Assembly (NCBI GenBank): GCA_029261165.1
Contig: JAJDBV010000061.1
Span: 1,731 to 65,730 of the forward strand
Source of the DNA: Nitrospirota bacterium
Lineage (GTDB): Bacteria > Nitrospirota > Nitrospiria > SBBL01 > JAADHI01
Direction of reading: 5' to 3'
Length of the DNA: 64,000 nt
How positions within the stretch are numbered: position 1 is the stretch's first letter; each line of letters begins with the position of its first letter. A program made the position numbers and the translations under genes. Under the pieces are notes generated by a model. The model ran no database searches. It was not told the DNA's origin and was given only the letters and a program-made list of their open reading frames with translations. Shown piece by piece: positions 54,933 through 63,739 of the stretch.

Positions 54933-55862
54933 TTAGCCCTGAGGGGTATCTTCAAAAAGGGCGTCTACGAAAGATTCAACATGGAAGGGGATCAAATCAT
55001 CTGCCCCTTCACCGACACCGATGTCAGTCACCGGAACCGAAAGGGTCTCTACGATCGGGATGACAATCCCTCCCCGCCCTGTGCCGTCAAGCTTCGTCAG
55101 AATAATCCCCGTGATTCCGATTGCTTCATTAAAAAGCTTTGCCTGAGAGAGAGCATTCTGGCCTGTTGTGGCATCAAGGACCAGGATCTTTTCATGAGGC
55201 GCGCCCGGCATGGCTTTTTCAAGAACCCGCACCATCTTTTTTAACTCCGCCATGAGATTATTCTTGGTCTGTAAACGGCCAGCCGTATCAATAAGAACGT
55301 GGTCCGACTTGCGTGCCAGGCCGGCACTCACGGCATCAAATGCCACGGCCGCCGGGTCTGCACCCGGACGATGACGGATGACTTCGACACCGACCCGTTC
55401 ACCCCAGAGTGCCAACTGCTCACCGGCTCCGGCCCGAAAGGTGTCCCCGGCCGCCAGGACAATCCGGCCTCCCTCTTCCTTCAGTTTTTGCGCTCGTTTC
55501 CCAATCGTGGTTGTCTTTCCGACACCATTGACTCCGACAAAAAGGGTCACCTTTGGGGATACTGAAAAAGGCATTTCACTCCTCTCTTTCTCCAGAATAG
55601 AAACCATAAATTTTTTCAGTTTTTTCTTCAATGAAACCAGGTCGGAGACCTCTTTCCTTTCAACGCAGGGCTTCAAGTCCCTCAGAAACCGCTCGGTCAC
55701 CTCAACCCCCAAATCGGCACCGATGAGGAGTTCTTCCAGGTGGTCGAGCATATCCGCATCGATCGTCGCACGGCCAAAAAAAAGCGCGGCAACCCCATCC
55801 GAAAAATAATTTCGAGTCTCTTTCAGGCCTAAGCCGAGCTTTTTCAAGAAGCCCTTCCCCAT
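54933..55862 (-). CDS. ftsY: Signal recognition particle receptor FtsY
   Basis: GVNGVGKTTT, DTFRA, DTAGR, DATTGQN and TKLDG. Confidence 0.96.
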   Translation of the reverse strand: MGKGFLKKLGLGLKETRNYFSDGVAALFFGRATIDADMLDHLEELLIGADLGVEVTERFLRDLKPCVERKEVSDLVSLKKKLKKFMVSILEKERSEMPFSVSPKVTLFVGVNGVGKTTTIGKRAQKLKEEGGRIVLAAGDTFRAGAGEQLALWGERVGVEVIRHRPGADPAAVAFDAVSAGLARKSDHVLIDTAGRLQTKNNLMAELKKMVRVLEKAMPGAPHEKILVLDATTGQNALSQAKLFNEAIGITGIILTKLDGTGRGGIVIPIVETLSVPVTDIGVGEGADDLIPFHVESFVDALFEDTPQG

Positions 55863-56381
55863 CTACCCCTCCACTAAGCCTTCATCGTTGATTATGTGAA
55901 GCAGCCTTTTCTCGCGCCGCCGCATTCGCGCGGCCTCAGAAGGCGAATCTTCGTGATCGTATCCCAGCAGATGCAGAAGACCATGAATCAGCATAATTAA
56001 TAGGTGTTCCTGCATGGACCGTCCATATAGAAGCGCTTCCTTTTCAACGGTTTCCAATGAGATCATCACATCTCCGATGCATTCCGGATGAAGACCGCTC
56101 CCGATGCCTTCCTGCATCGGAAAGGCAAGAACGTTGGTCGGCGCGTCATGTTTCCGATAATCACGATTATATCCCCTGATTTGACGATTATTCACAAAGA
56201 CAAGACCCACTTCACCATTCAGTTTTTGTTCCTGAAGAACCCGGCGTGTCCATCGCAACAGTCTCTTCCGGTCAATACGATATTTTCTTTGGCGGTTCAG
56301 GATGGTGATCTGCATCGGGGGTGTCATACGGGAAGGGCTTATTTCTTTCTTCTCTTCACTTTTTCCCTTCAAAACGGTCAT
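55863..56381 (-). CDS. ybeY: rRNA maturation endoribonuclease YbeY (start may be ~56327)
   Basis: N..YR....TNVLAF and HGLLHLLGYDH. Confidence 0.95.
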   Translation of the reverse strand: MTVLKGKSEEKKEISPSRMTPPMQITILNRQRKYRIDRKRLLRWTRRVLQEQKLNGEVGLVFVNNRQIRGYNRDYRKHDAPTNVLAFPMQEGIGSGLHPECIGDVMISLETVEKEALLYGRSMQEHLLIMLIHGLLHLLGYDHEDSPSEAARMRRREKRLLHIINDEGLVEG

Positions 56382-57366
56382 AGGCCTTTATGATTTCTTG
56401 AACCAGACGATGGCGAATGACATCTTTTTCGGTAAAATAGGAAAACTGGATGCCAGGAATATCACGCAAGACACCCTGGATCTCGATAAGACCCGACGGC
56501 CTGTCTGATGGAAGATCCACTTGCGTGACATCACCCGTGATCACCGCCTTGGAACGAAAACCGAGGCGGGTCAGGAACATCTTCATTTGTTCAGACGTCG
56601 CATTTTGTGCTTCATCCAGGATAACAAATGAATCGTTCAGGGTTCGTCCGCGCATAAAGGCCAGCGGAGCGATCTCTATATCCCCCCGCTCCAGAAGGCG
56701 CTTTGCCCGGTCCACATCCATCATATCATAAAGGGCATCATAGAGAGGGCGAAGATAAGGGTTGATCTTTTCGTACATATCCCCAGGGAGAAATCCCAGC
56801 CGTTCACCTGCTTCGACGGCAGGCCGGGCCAGGATAATTCGCTCTACCTTTTTGCGCTGTAAGGCCGAAACCGCCATAGCCATCGCCAAATATGTTTTGC
56901 CAGTCCCGGCCGGACCAATTCCAACGACGACATCATACTTATAGATATGATCAATGTACTCTTTCTGGGCAGGCGTCTTCGGTAGGATTGATCTCCTTTT
57001 TCCAGCCACCGGGATGGCCGCTTGGGAGAGCAATACGGCTTGTGACGGAGACTTCTCTAAAAAAGGAGATAGCCCCACCCCCTCCCCTTCCGAATGGGCG
57101 GTTCGGGAGACACGAATGGCGTAACTGACATCTTCCTCAGTCAGTCGAAACCCCTCTTTCACAAGTGAGGACAATGCGATGAGGGCTTGCTCGGCTTGCC
57201 GGACTTTCTCTGGTCTCCCCTGGATCGTAAGCTCTTCGCCTCTGGCCGAAAATCTTACGCCAAAAGCCTTCTCAATCATCTTGATGTGCCGATCACAACT
57301 CCCGTACAGGGAGAAGATATCCGTCCCTTTCTCTAAGCTTACTTTTCCCTGAAAAACCTTATCCAA
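56356..57366 (-). CDS. phoH: PhoH-family ATPase (YbeZ-like)
   Basis: GPAGTGKT, RPAVEAGE.LGFLPG, RGRT, DEAQN and GD.TQ.DL. TTG 57366 preferred because a promoter lies inside the longer ORF. Confidence 0.93.
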   Translation of the reverse strand: MDKVFQGKVSLEKGTDIFSLYGSCDRHIKMIEKAFGVRFSARGEELTIQGRPEKVRQAEQALIALSSLVKEGFRLTEEDVSYAIRVSRTAHSEGEGVGLSPFLEKSPSQAVLLSQAAIPVAGKRRSILPKTPAQKEYIDHIYKYDVVVGIGPAGTGKTYLAMAMAVSALQRKKVERIILARPAVEAGERLGFLPGDMYEKINPYLRPLYDALYDMMDVDRAKRLLERGDIEIAPLAFMRGRTLNDSFVILDEAQNATSEQMKMFLTRLGFRSKAVITGDVTQVDLPSDRPSGLIEIQGVLRDIPGIQFSYFTEKDVIRHRLVQEIIKAYDRFEGKK

Positions 57367-57412
57367 CGAAAATTTTTCCCTCTGACAGTGATAGGAATCA
57401 ACTTCTTTTTGT

Positions 57413-57441
57413 ATTATAACAATCGCCTTTTTAAAAGACAA
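57413..57441 (-). promoter_or_regulatory. Sigma70 promoter for phoH-ybeY-ftsY
   Basis: TTGTCT-17 nt-TATAAT with an extended -10 TG. Confidence 0.65.
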
Positions 57442-57579
57442 GGCGAAGTCTTTTCCAAATCTCGGCAGTTTATATATCCGTAATCTCGAAATGAGGGCCT
57501 TTCCTCTAACGGCTTGAGATTTTTCAACAGACAGATCACACAACTCCTGAGCAGGCTAATGTCTCTAATCTTCCGGATC

Positions 57580-58752
57580 TTACAAAACCTCGTGCCAGGC
57601 ATTTAACGACAAGGGCGCATTATTTACGGCATTGCTCAAGGCGATACAACTATATTGGATGGACGAATTCCCATTTGACTTGATCCTGAAGTTCTCCCCT
57701 GTCGGATCTTCAGAAGTATTCGCCAGGAGCACCGCTCCTGTGATCGAGTCATTGCCGTTTGATTTAAAACGGTCAAACGACGTATTTCCAGTGATAATAA
57801 TTAAACCCGTCCAGTTAAAACCACCGTTGAATTCAACTCTACCTTTTTTGGTGGTCTCGCTATTGATAATTAAGATCCCATACCCATCGGCATCCCCATT
57901 AAATTTAATCCTTGCGTCTTCTCCTGTCATGCTAATGACGGTCACCTCCGGATTCGCTTGCGTTCCCCAGCTCACATCAGGATTATTCACCTTCTGATCA
58001 TCCACTAAAATCGTCCGGTCTGCATTCGCTGCAAGTGTGTTGGCAATGGTCTGAACCTCGGTCGGGTTCATATCCTCAGGTCGAAGCTGTATGCTCGGGT
58101 CCATTCCAATCCCGGTGATGGTCGCACCCCCTTTCACCCGAATCTCGTCGTAGGCGCTCACCGTGTCAACGCCCACCCCGGCCTTGTTCTGGGCACAATC
58201 GCTTCCGGCCACGGGTGTCTCGCCCGCAGGAAGGTCTCCATTGATCGTGGTATTCCCCTGAAACCTGATCCGACTAAAACCACCAGAAACGCCCAGCGAG
58301 GCATTCACCGGAACCATTGTGGAGACATTTCTCACCTCGGCCTCGATTTTCCTTGTCTCTCCGGAGGGATATTTTCCTGTGGCGGTAACATAGACGGTGT
58401 TGTCCGGGGCCAGATTGCCCTTGATGTTCGTTTTGCTTACTTCAATGCTATAGCCTAAGCCCTGAACGCCATTGAAATCTGTTACGACGAGCCAGGGCTG
58501 GGGGGCAGCCGTGACAACATCAAAGTTTTGTCCTCTCAGGGCCCGCATGGCATGCTGGATACCGGCGTCTGCCGCATAGAGGGTCTCCGATGCCACGCGT
58601 TCGTTGCCTCCCAGCTTCACCTCTGTAGAGGAAAGCATGATGCCGGCCAAACCAAGCGCGGTCACCATCACCAATATCAGCAACGAAACCACCAGGGCCA
58701 TGCCTTTCTGGTTACAATGAAGTTTATGTAGATTGATCTCCTTAATTTTCAT
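57580..58752 (-). CDS. pilX: PilX-type minor pilin, copy 2
   Basis: QKG|MALVVSLLIL prepilin site without Glu5, A.YAADAGI PilX N-terminal motif, beta-helix-like C-terminus. SD AGGAGG before ATG 58752. Confidence 0.8.
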   Translation of the reverse strand: MKIKEINLHKLHCNQKGMALVVSLLILVMVTALGLAGIMLSSTEVKLGGNERVASETLYAADAGIQHAMRALRGQNFDVVTAAPQPWLVVTDFNGVQGLGYSIEVSKTNIKGNLAPDNTVYVTATGKYPSGETRKIEAEVRNVSTMVPVNASLGVSGGFSRIRFQGNTTINGDLPAGETPVAGSDCAQNKAGVGVDTVSAYDEIRVKGGATITGIGMDPSIQLRPEDMNPTEVQTIANTLAANADRTILVDDQKVNNPDVSWGTQANPEVTVISMTGEDARIKFNGDADGYGILIINSETTKKGRVEFNGGFNWTGLIIITGNTSFDRFKSNGNDSITGAVLLANTSEDPTGENFRIKSNGNSSIQYSCIALSNAVNNAPLSLNAWHEVL

Positions 58753-58822
58753 AGTCAACCCTCCTATATCTTGCGAGGGACCTTTTCAACGGATAACATC
58801 TACGATGAGACGCTTCCGCACC

Positions 58823-58857
58823 AAATAAAAAGGCCCATTTCTACTAAGAAATGGGCC
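58823..58857 (-). terminator. Intrinsic terminator of the riboswitch expression platform
   Basis: GGCCCATTTC-TTAGTA-GAAATGGGCC followed by TTTTTATTT. Confidence 0.85.
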
Positions 58858-58892
58858 ACCATTGTTATCATAAACCACCCTCATCGGATGGT

Positions 58893-58991
58893 TCTCCAGG
58901 CGGCCCAACCGGCATGCCTTCTAAACACATAAAGGCGAAACCTTGTGACTTTGCGTCCCGGTCTTTCGACCGGTTTGCCTTTTTCTAGAAA
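58893..58991 (-). ncRNA. GEMM-I (c-di-GMP-I class) riboswitch aptamer
   Basis: Minus strand AAGGCAAACCGGTC-GAAA-GACCGGGACGCAAAG core with a GNRA loop, P3 containing GCCTT/AAGGC, 3' GGGCCGCC, and P1 TTTCTAG/CTGGAGA. Confidence 0.88.
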
Positions 58992-59048
58992 GATCTCAGA
59001 AAATTACGCTAAATAAATCCTTTCTTATGTAATAAACTGATGAATCAA

Positions 59049-60248
59049 TTACAATATCTGGTGCCAGGCGTTAAGCGACAAGGGCGCCTTGTTCATGGCA
59101 TTGGTCAAGGCGGTACAGCTATATTGGATGGTGGTGGCCGCCTCTACCCTGAACCTCAAATCCTCCGCCGAAGCATCGGGTTCTGTATTGGCAATAATCA
59201 CTCCCCCGGTAATGCTGGTACCGGCAGTGCCATCAAACTCGATTCGGGTCGAGCCGGTAATGATAATAATACCATCCCATGAGAATGAATCTCCGAATTC
59301 AATCCTTCCTTTCCTGTCAATATTGCTGTTCAGGATCAGGATACCGGCTCCGGTCACCGTTCCATTGAAGCGAACCCTTGAGTCATCCCCTTCCATATTG
59401 AAGACCGTCACCTGCGGATTGGCGACAGTCCCGTAGGTCGTATTCGTGTTGATCTCCGCTGTCGTGTCATTTACCGCGATGGTCCGGTCTGCATTTGTTG
59501 CAAGATCGCTTGAAAGAGCCTGAATTGCCGCCGCAGACATGTCCTGCGGCCGCAATTGAACACTCGGCGTCAAACCCATCCCGGTGATGCTTTGACCGCC
59601 GCCATCGAGTCTGATCTCATCGTAGGCACTCACCGTGTCTACGGCCACGGCTGCCTTATTTTGCGCACAGTCGCTCCCCGCGACAGGGACCTCGCCGCCG
59701 GAAAGGTCTCCATTGACGGTAACATTATCTTCGAACCTAATCTCGCTGTCGTTTCCCACAACACCCAGAGTGGAAGTGACCGGCACCATTGTGGAGAGAT
59801 TTCTCACCTCGGCCTCAATCCTCTTGAGTCCCCCACCGCTTGGATAAGTCGCCGTCGCCGTGATAAAGACCGTGTTGGCCGGGGCAATATCGCCATTGGT
59901 GTTTATTTTTTTAACATCGACAAAATAGTTTAACCCTGGGGTTCCATTGAAATTCGTTACATTAAGCCAAGGCTGGGGGGAAGCCGTGACAATATCAAAA
60001 TCTTGTCCTCTCAAGGCCCGAAGGGCATGCTGTATGCCGGCGTCTGCTGCATAGAGGGTCTCCGCCCCCACGCGTTCGTTGCCTCCCAGCTTCACCTCTG
60101 TAGAAGAGGCCATGATCCCGGCCAAACCAAGCGCAGTAATCATCACCAATATCAATAGCGAGACCACCAGGGCCACGCCTCTCTGATTAAGAGGGCGTCG
60201 GAGGATGTTCTGCCCAACGATCTCTCTATTTTTCTCGATGTCTTTCAT
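59049..60248 (-). CDS. pilX: PilX-type minor pilin, copy 1
   Basis: QRG|VALVVSLLIL and YAADAGIQHA; close paralog of 57580-58752. Confidence 0.8.
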   Translation of the reverse strand: MKDIEKNREIVGQNILRRPLNQRGVALVVSLLILVMITALGLAGIMASSTEVKLGGNERVGAETLYAADAGIQHALRALRGQDFDIVTASPQPWLNVTNFNGTPGLNYFVDVKKINTNGDIAPANTVFITATATYPSGGGLKRIEAEVRNLSTMVPVTSTLGVVGNDSEIRFEDNVTVNGDLSGGEVPVAGSDCAQNKAAVAVDTVSAYDEIRLDGGGQSITGMGLTPSVQLRPQDMSAAAIQALSSDLATNADRTIAVNDTTAEINTNTTYGTVANPQVTVFNMEGDDSRVRFNGTVTGAGILILNSNIDRKGRIEFGDSFSWDGIIIITGSTRIEFDGTAGTSITGGVIIANTEPDASAEDLRFRVEAATTIQYSCTALTNAMNKAPLSLNAWHQIL

Positions 60249-60283
60249 CGTCTACCTCCATCAAATCATCATGATTCTTTATT

Positions 60284-63200
60284 TTAAGGATTGTAGATCC
60301 TGGAAATTGTTGTTTTATTGCCGCACCGGTCCGTCGCAGTAACCTTGAGGGTATGGTTCAGACCTCCGCTGGTCGATTGATACGATTCCGAGTAGACGTC
60401 CGGTGAAATCTCTGTCATCGTCGTCGGCGGTATCCCGATAAACCCGGTCACCTCAAGGCTGACATCCTGAAGGCCGACGACAGAGGAAGAGGCAGTCACT
60501 TCAACATCGACATTGCCGGAAACCGGCCCGGCGGCCGGTGTTGGAGGAGAATTAAACGAAAGTGACGGGCCGACGGTGTCACACTGAGCATAAGTGTAGG
60601 CGCCGGTTTCGGGCAGGATATCAAAGTTGCCCTCTGTATCAATCGTCTCCAGATAATACCAAACCCTCGATGCCGTACTCATAGCGGGGATGCTTCCTGA
60701 CCATGACCCCTTAGAGGCAATCACCGTTCCTAAGTTCAAGGGAATAGGATTGGGATAACTGACGCCGCCCTCCGTTGATGAGGGACGTGTCGGCGGTGTC
60801 GTACTGGTGAATGCATCAATCGCATAATGAATCTTCACCGAGTTGACCGAATAAGACGGGTTCGCGGTCGCATCGTCGACAGCAGTCGAGAGACCGACCA
60901 GCTTCCCGGGTGCAACATAGGAGGTGATCGTCGGGACGGTACTCGGGAGTGTGCTGGCCGCAGGTTGATCCTGAAAAGTGGTACTCTTCACAAACTGCGG
61001 ACCCTGTGAAATTCTCTGCGATGCCAGGGTGGCAGAACAGACAAAAGAAGCATCTAGGGTATCCCGGGTCATGAATCCTCCGGACACCGTCACCCCGCGC
61101 ATATCAATACTCGCCGGAATTGTATTCACATTACTGGTAAAGGTCAGTCTTAACGTGGCCGTCCCGCCATTTGCAGAAACTGTGGGGACAACACTAAAGA
61201 CCACGACCGTACCGCTCCCTGTTTCAACCGGTGGAACAGTCGTTAGATTGGTGTCTTCAAAAAGAACCAGGGCCGGACTTGCGATTTCAACCTTTTTCAA
61301 GAAGGCCAAGGTATTTCCCCATTTCAGGAGCATATGCGTGATGTCCAGATTCTTGTCGGGGTGTGTGTTCTTGATTCCCAAATCCACGATATGATGGGTG
61401 TCATCCGGGGTTGAGATATTCGTCGTCGTCACCACGGCATCATCAAACTCAATTCCGCCGGTCCTGATCGTTAAAGGGATCGTGTTTTCTGCCGTATATT
61501 GCTCGCCGTCAACGGCCCTGACTCTAAAATCGTAATCCCCTGAACAGAACTTCCCCGTGTCAATGTCGACGCTCGTCAGCGGATAAAATGGGAAATGATA
61601 ATAATTGTCACTACTTCTAGGGGCGAGGTCTGAGGCCCCACCGCTTCCATAGGCAACGTCCGCCGGCGTGTTGGTCGGGTCGCCTGCTTTGTTGATGAAA
61701 AAGTCGACCTTGGCCCCTGTGGAAACGGTCACATAAGTGGGAGGGTCACTGTAATCAAAGCCCTGCCGATCAAAATTACTCGAATCGGGAGTGCAATCAA
61801 GAGGATCGACCACCCAGGTAATATAACGGCTGCCCGGGACAAAATCCGGGTCGCTCGCGGCATTCGGATCGGTTCCAATGACTGTTCTTCCGGAGAGAAA
61901 GTCAATTGGCGTTCCTGTCGGTGTAAGTCCTGGATAAATTTTATTTCCCCCCCGAACGATGCCGGTGCCCGTCGTCCATTGAATCCTGGGGGCACAGGCC
62001 GCAGTCGAGATACTGCTGATCGTGCTGTCTGCGGCATCGCCGCAATCATCGGGAGGGGCCGCATCAATCGCAGAAACCTTGATGTCGTAAACGGTCGTCC
62101 CCATCAAACCAATCAGGATGGTCTGTCCGGTAGCGGGTAAAGTTCTCGAGGTCAGATCAATTGTCTCATACGTGGTCCAGAGAGTGTCTGTGTCCTTCTT
62201 GTAATAGACCTTTAAAAGGGCCGGGGTACTGTGGGTATTCACATCAGGCGCGGGCACCAACCAATCGACGATGAGCGTCGAAGTGTCGTCTCCGGCGACC
62301 AGGCTGGTGATCGTCGGTGCCTTCGGTTTCATCGCATTATCGGGCGGGGTCACCTTTAAAGCCACCGATTCCGCACTGACGACGCCACAGGTGTTGACCG
62401 CCTTGATTTTATAATAATAAACCGTACAAGCGACGGCGGTGTTATCAACAAAAGAAGCGACCGTGACCGTCGTTTCATTCGCAAGGCGATTTCCGGTTCC
62501 GGAGGTATCATCCGGGACAAAATCTGGCGTTGTTCCCCGATAAACCCGGTACCCTTTTAAGCTTTTTTCAGCGGTATTGTCGACGGTTAGCGTCACCGGA
62601 TTCCAGTAGAGGGTGACCTTATTCTTGCCCATCTCTGCCAGAGGGGCTTGCACCTGATCCGGCGCAGCCGGTGCCGGCCCCGTTTCAGGGATGCCGGAGA
62701 CAGAGGTTTTGTTCGTATCCCATAAATCAGTATTGGGATTGCCGGGAAAACAGGTGCTGGAATTTCCAAAGGCGTCATAGGCCTCGACAATGACATTATA
62801 GGATACACCACTTTTCAGGCCGGTCAGGATCGCAGTAGAAGGGCAGCTCCCGGTACAGGGAACATCGAGTGTTCCGTTATCGGCATTGGTCCCCGTCGGT
62901 GGCGTTGGGGGAATGGCGTCTATTGCCCCCGTACTGTAATAGATCCTGAAACCGGCGATATCACCATCCGGGTTGCTGAAGGTCCAGTTGACCGTCAATT
63001 GCCCGCACTCCCCGGCAACAGCAGTCACCGTCGTTGTCGTCGGGCAGGAAGGAGGCGTGGTATCCCCAAGCGAGGCGCCAAAATTTCTCAGGACAACGTC
63101 CGAGCTCACCGTTCGCACACGATATCCGTTATTGTCAGCGTAATCAGGATCGTGACGGGCGCTCCGCCCCGTCACCTTGAGCGTTACCCTGCGGATATCG

Positions 63201-63730
63201 GATGCCTTCGTTTGAACCGCAGTATTGACATTCCGCGGGAAATTCAGGTCGGTTGCATCACCAGGATTCTGACCATAAAACTTAAACTCGGCCTCAGTAA
63301 TATTGGCTGCAAATCTTTCCGCCCCCTCACCATTATAATTTCTCATCAACCAAGGGTTTGTACATGGCGTTTCAAAACAACTAATGGAATAGATCACCGT
63401 TTCAGCGACGTTATTATTGTCAAAATCTCCTTGAATGGTCACCGAATTTCCAGGATTATCTTTATCCAGAGTAATACTCGGTAGCGCGCTCGATCCAAGT
63501 ACACCCACGATGGGAGATCCAAAACGGTAGCCCGACGCCCGAAGTTCACGCGTGATCTGGTCGCTGGAAACCCTGACATTCTGCTGCATCTCTGCGATCT
63601 GTTCCTGAACCACGGAATTTTTATTAAAGTTAATATAAGTGTTGTAGGAACCCTTGAGAATGACTCCGACAATGACCATGACGATCAACACCTCAATCAG
63701 CGAAAAACCTTTTCTGTTTAGACAGATCAT
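60284..63730 (-). CDS. Giant PilW-like minor pilin with fibronectin type III and Ig-like domains
   Basis: RKG|FSLIEVL prepilin motif, MQQNVR...I.RELR.SGY PilW motif, three FN3-like W...Y.VY..Y repeats. Located between pilV-like and pilX genes. Confidence 0.78.
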   Translation of the reverse strand: MICLNRKGFSLIEVLIVMVIVGVILKGSYNTYINFNKNSVVQEQIAEMQQNVRVSSDQITRELRASGYRFGSPIVGVLGSSALPSITLDKDNPGNSVTIQGDFDNNNVAETVIYSISCFETPCTNPWLMRNYNGEGAERFAANITEAEFKFYGQNPGDATDLNFPRNVNTAVQTKASDIRRVTLKVTGRSARHDPDYADNNGYRVRTVSSDVVLRNFGASLGDTTPPSCPTTTTVTAVAGECGQLTVNWTFSNPDGDIAGFRIYYSTGAIDAIPPTPPTGTNADNGTLDVPCTGSCPSTAILTGLKSGVSYNVIVEAYDAFGNSSTCFPGNPNTDLWDTNKTSVSGIPETGPAPAAPDQVQAPLAEMGKNKVTLYWNPVTLTVDNTAEKSLKGYRVYRGTTPDFVPDDTSGTGNRLANETTVTVASFVDNTAVACTVYYYKIKAVNTCGVVSAESVALKVTPPDNAMKPKAPTITSLVAGDDTSTLIVDWLVPAPDVNTHSTPALLKVYYKKDTDTLWTTYETIDLTSRTLPATGQTILIGLMGTTVYDIKVSAIDAAPPDDCGDAADSTISSISTAACAPRIQWTTGTGIVRGGNKIYPGLTPTGTPIDFLSGRTVIGTDPNAASDPDFVPGSRYITWVVDPLDCTPDSSNFDRQGFDYSDPPTYVTVSTGAKVDFFINKAGDPTNTPADVAYGSGGASDLAPRSSDNYYHFPFYPLTSVDIDTGKFCSGDYDFRVRAVDGEQYTAENTIPLTIRTGGIEFDDAVVTTTNISTPDDTHHIVDLGIKNTHPDKNLDITHMLLKWGNTLAFLKKVEIASPALVLFEDTNLTTVPPVETGSGTVVVFSVVPTVSANGGTATLRLTFTSNVNTIPASIDMRGVTVSGGFMTRDTLDASFVCSATLASQRISQGPQFVKSTTFQDQPAASTLPSTVPTITSYVAPGKLVGLSTAVDDATANPSYSVNSVKIHYAIDAFTSTTPPTRPSSTEGGVSYPNPIPLNLGTVIASKGSWSGSIPAMSTASRVWYYLETIDTEGNFDILPETGAYTYAQCDTVGPSLSFNSPPTPAAGPVSGNVDVEVTASSSVVGLQDVSLEVTGFIGIPPTTMTEISPDVYSESYQSTSGGLNHTLKVTATDRCGNKTTISRIYNP

Positions 63731-63739
63731 TTTTCTCCC

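Noticed and set aside
57367-57543. Long N-terminal extensions in the ORF track (phoH; also ilvB, leuA, the 31586 gene and the 35112 kinase)
   Set aside because: They overlap promoter or terminator elements, and better SD-linked starts lie downstream.
58871-58894. Hairpin AACCATCC-GATGA-GGGTGGTT as a second tandem aptamer
   Set aside because: It resembles a GEMM P2 stem but lacks the following GACGCAAAG and P3. Treated as part of the expression platform.
58893-58991. Calling the riboswitch a definite cGAMP (GEMM-Ib) sensor
   Set aside because: The specificity position is G rather than A, so c-di-GMP is the default. The ligand needs an experiment.
57580-60248. pilX paralogs as a diversity-generating retroelement TR/VR pair or a silent antigenic-variation cassette
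   Set aside because: No reverse transcriptase or recombinase is in the window, differences are not adenine-specific, and both copies are full-length with their own SD.
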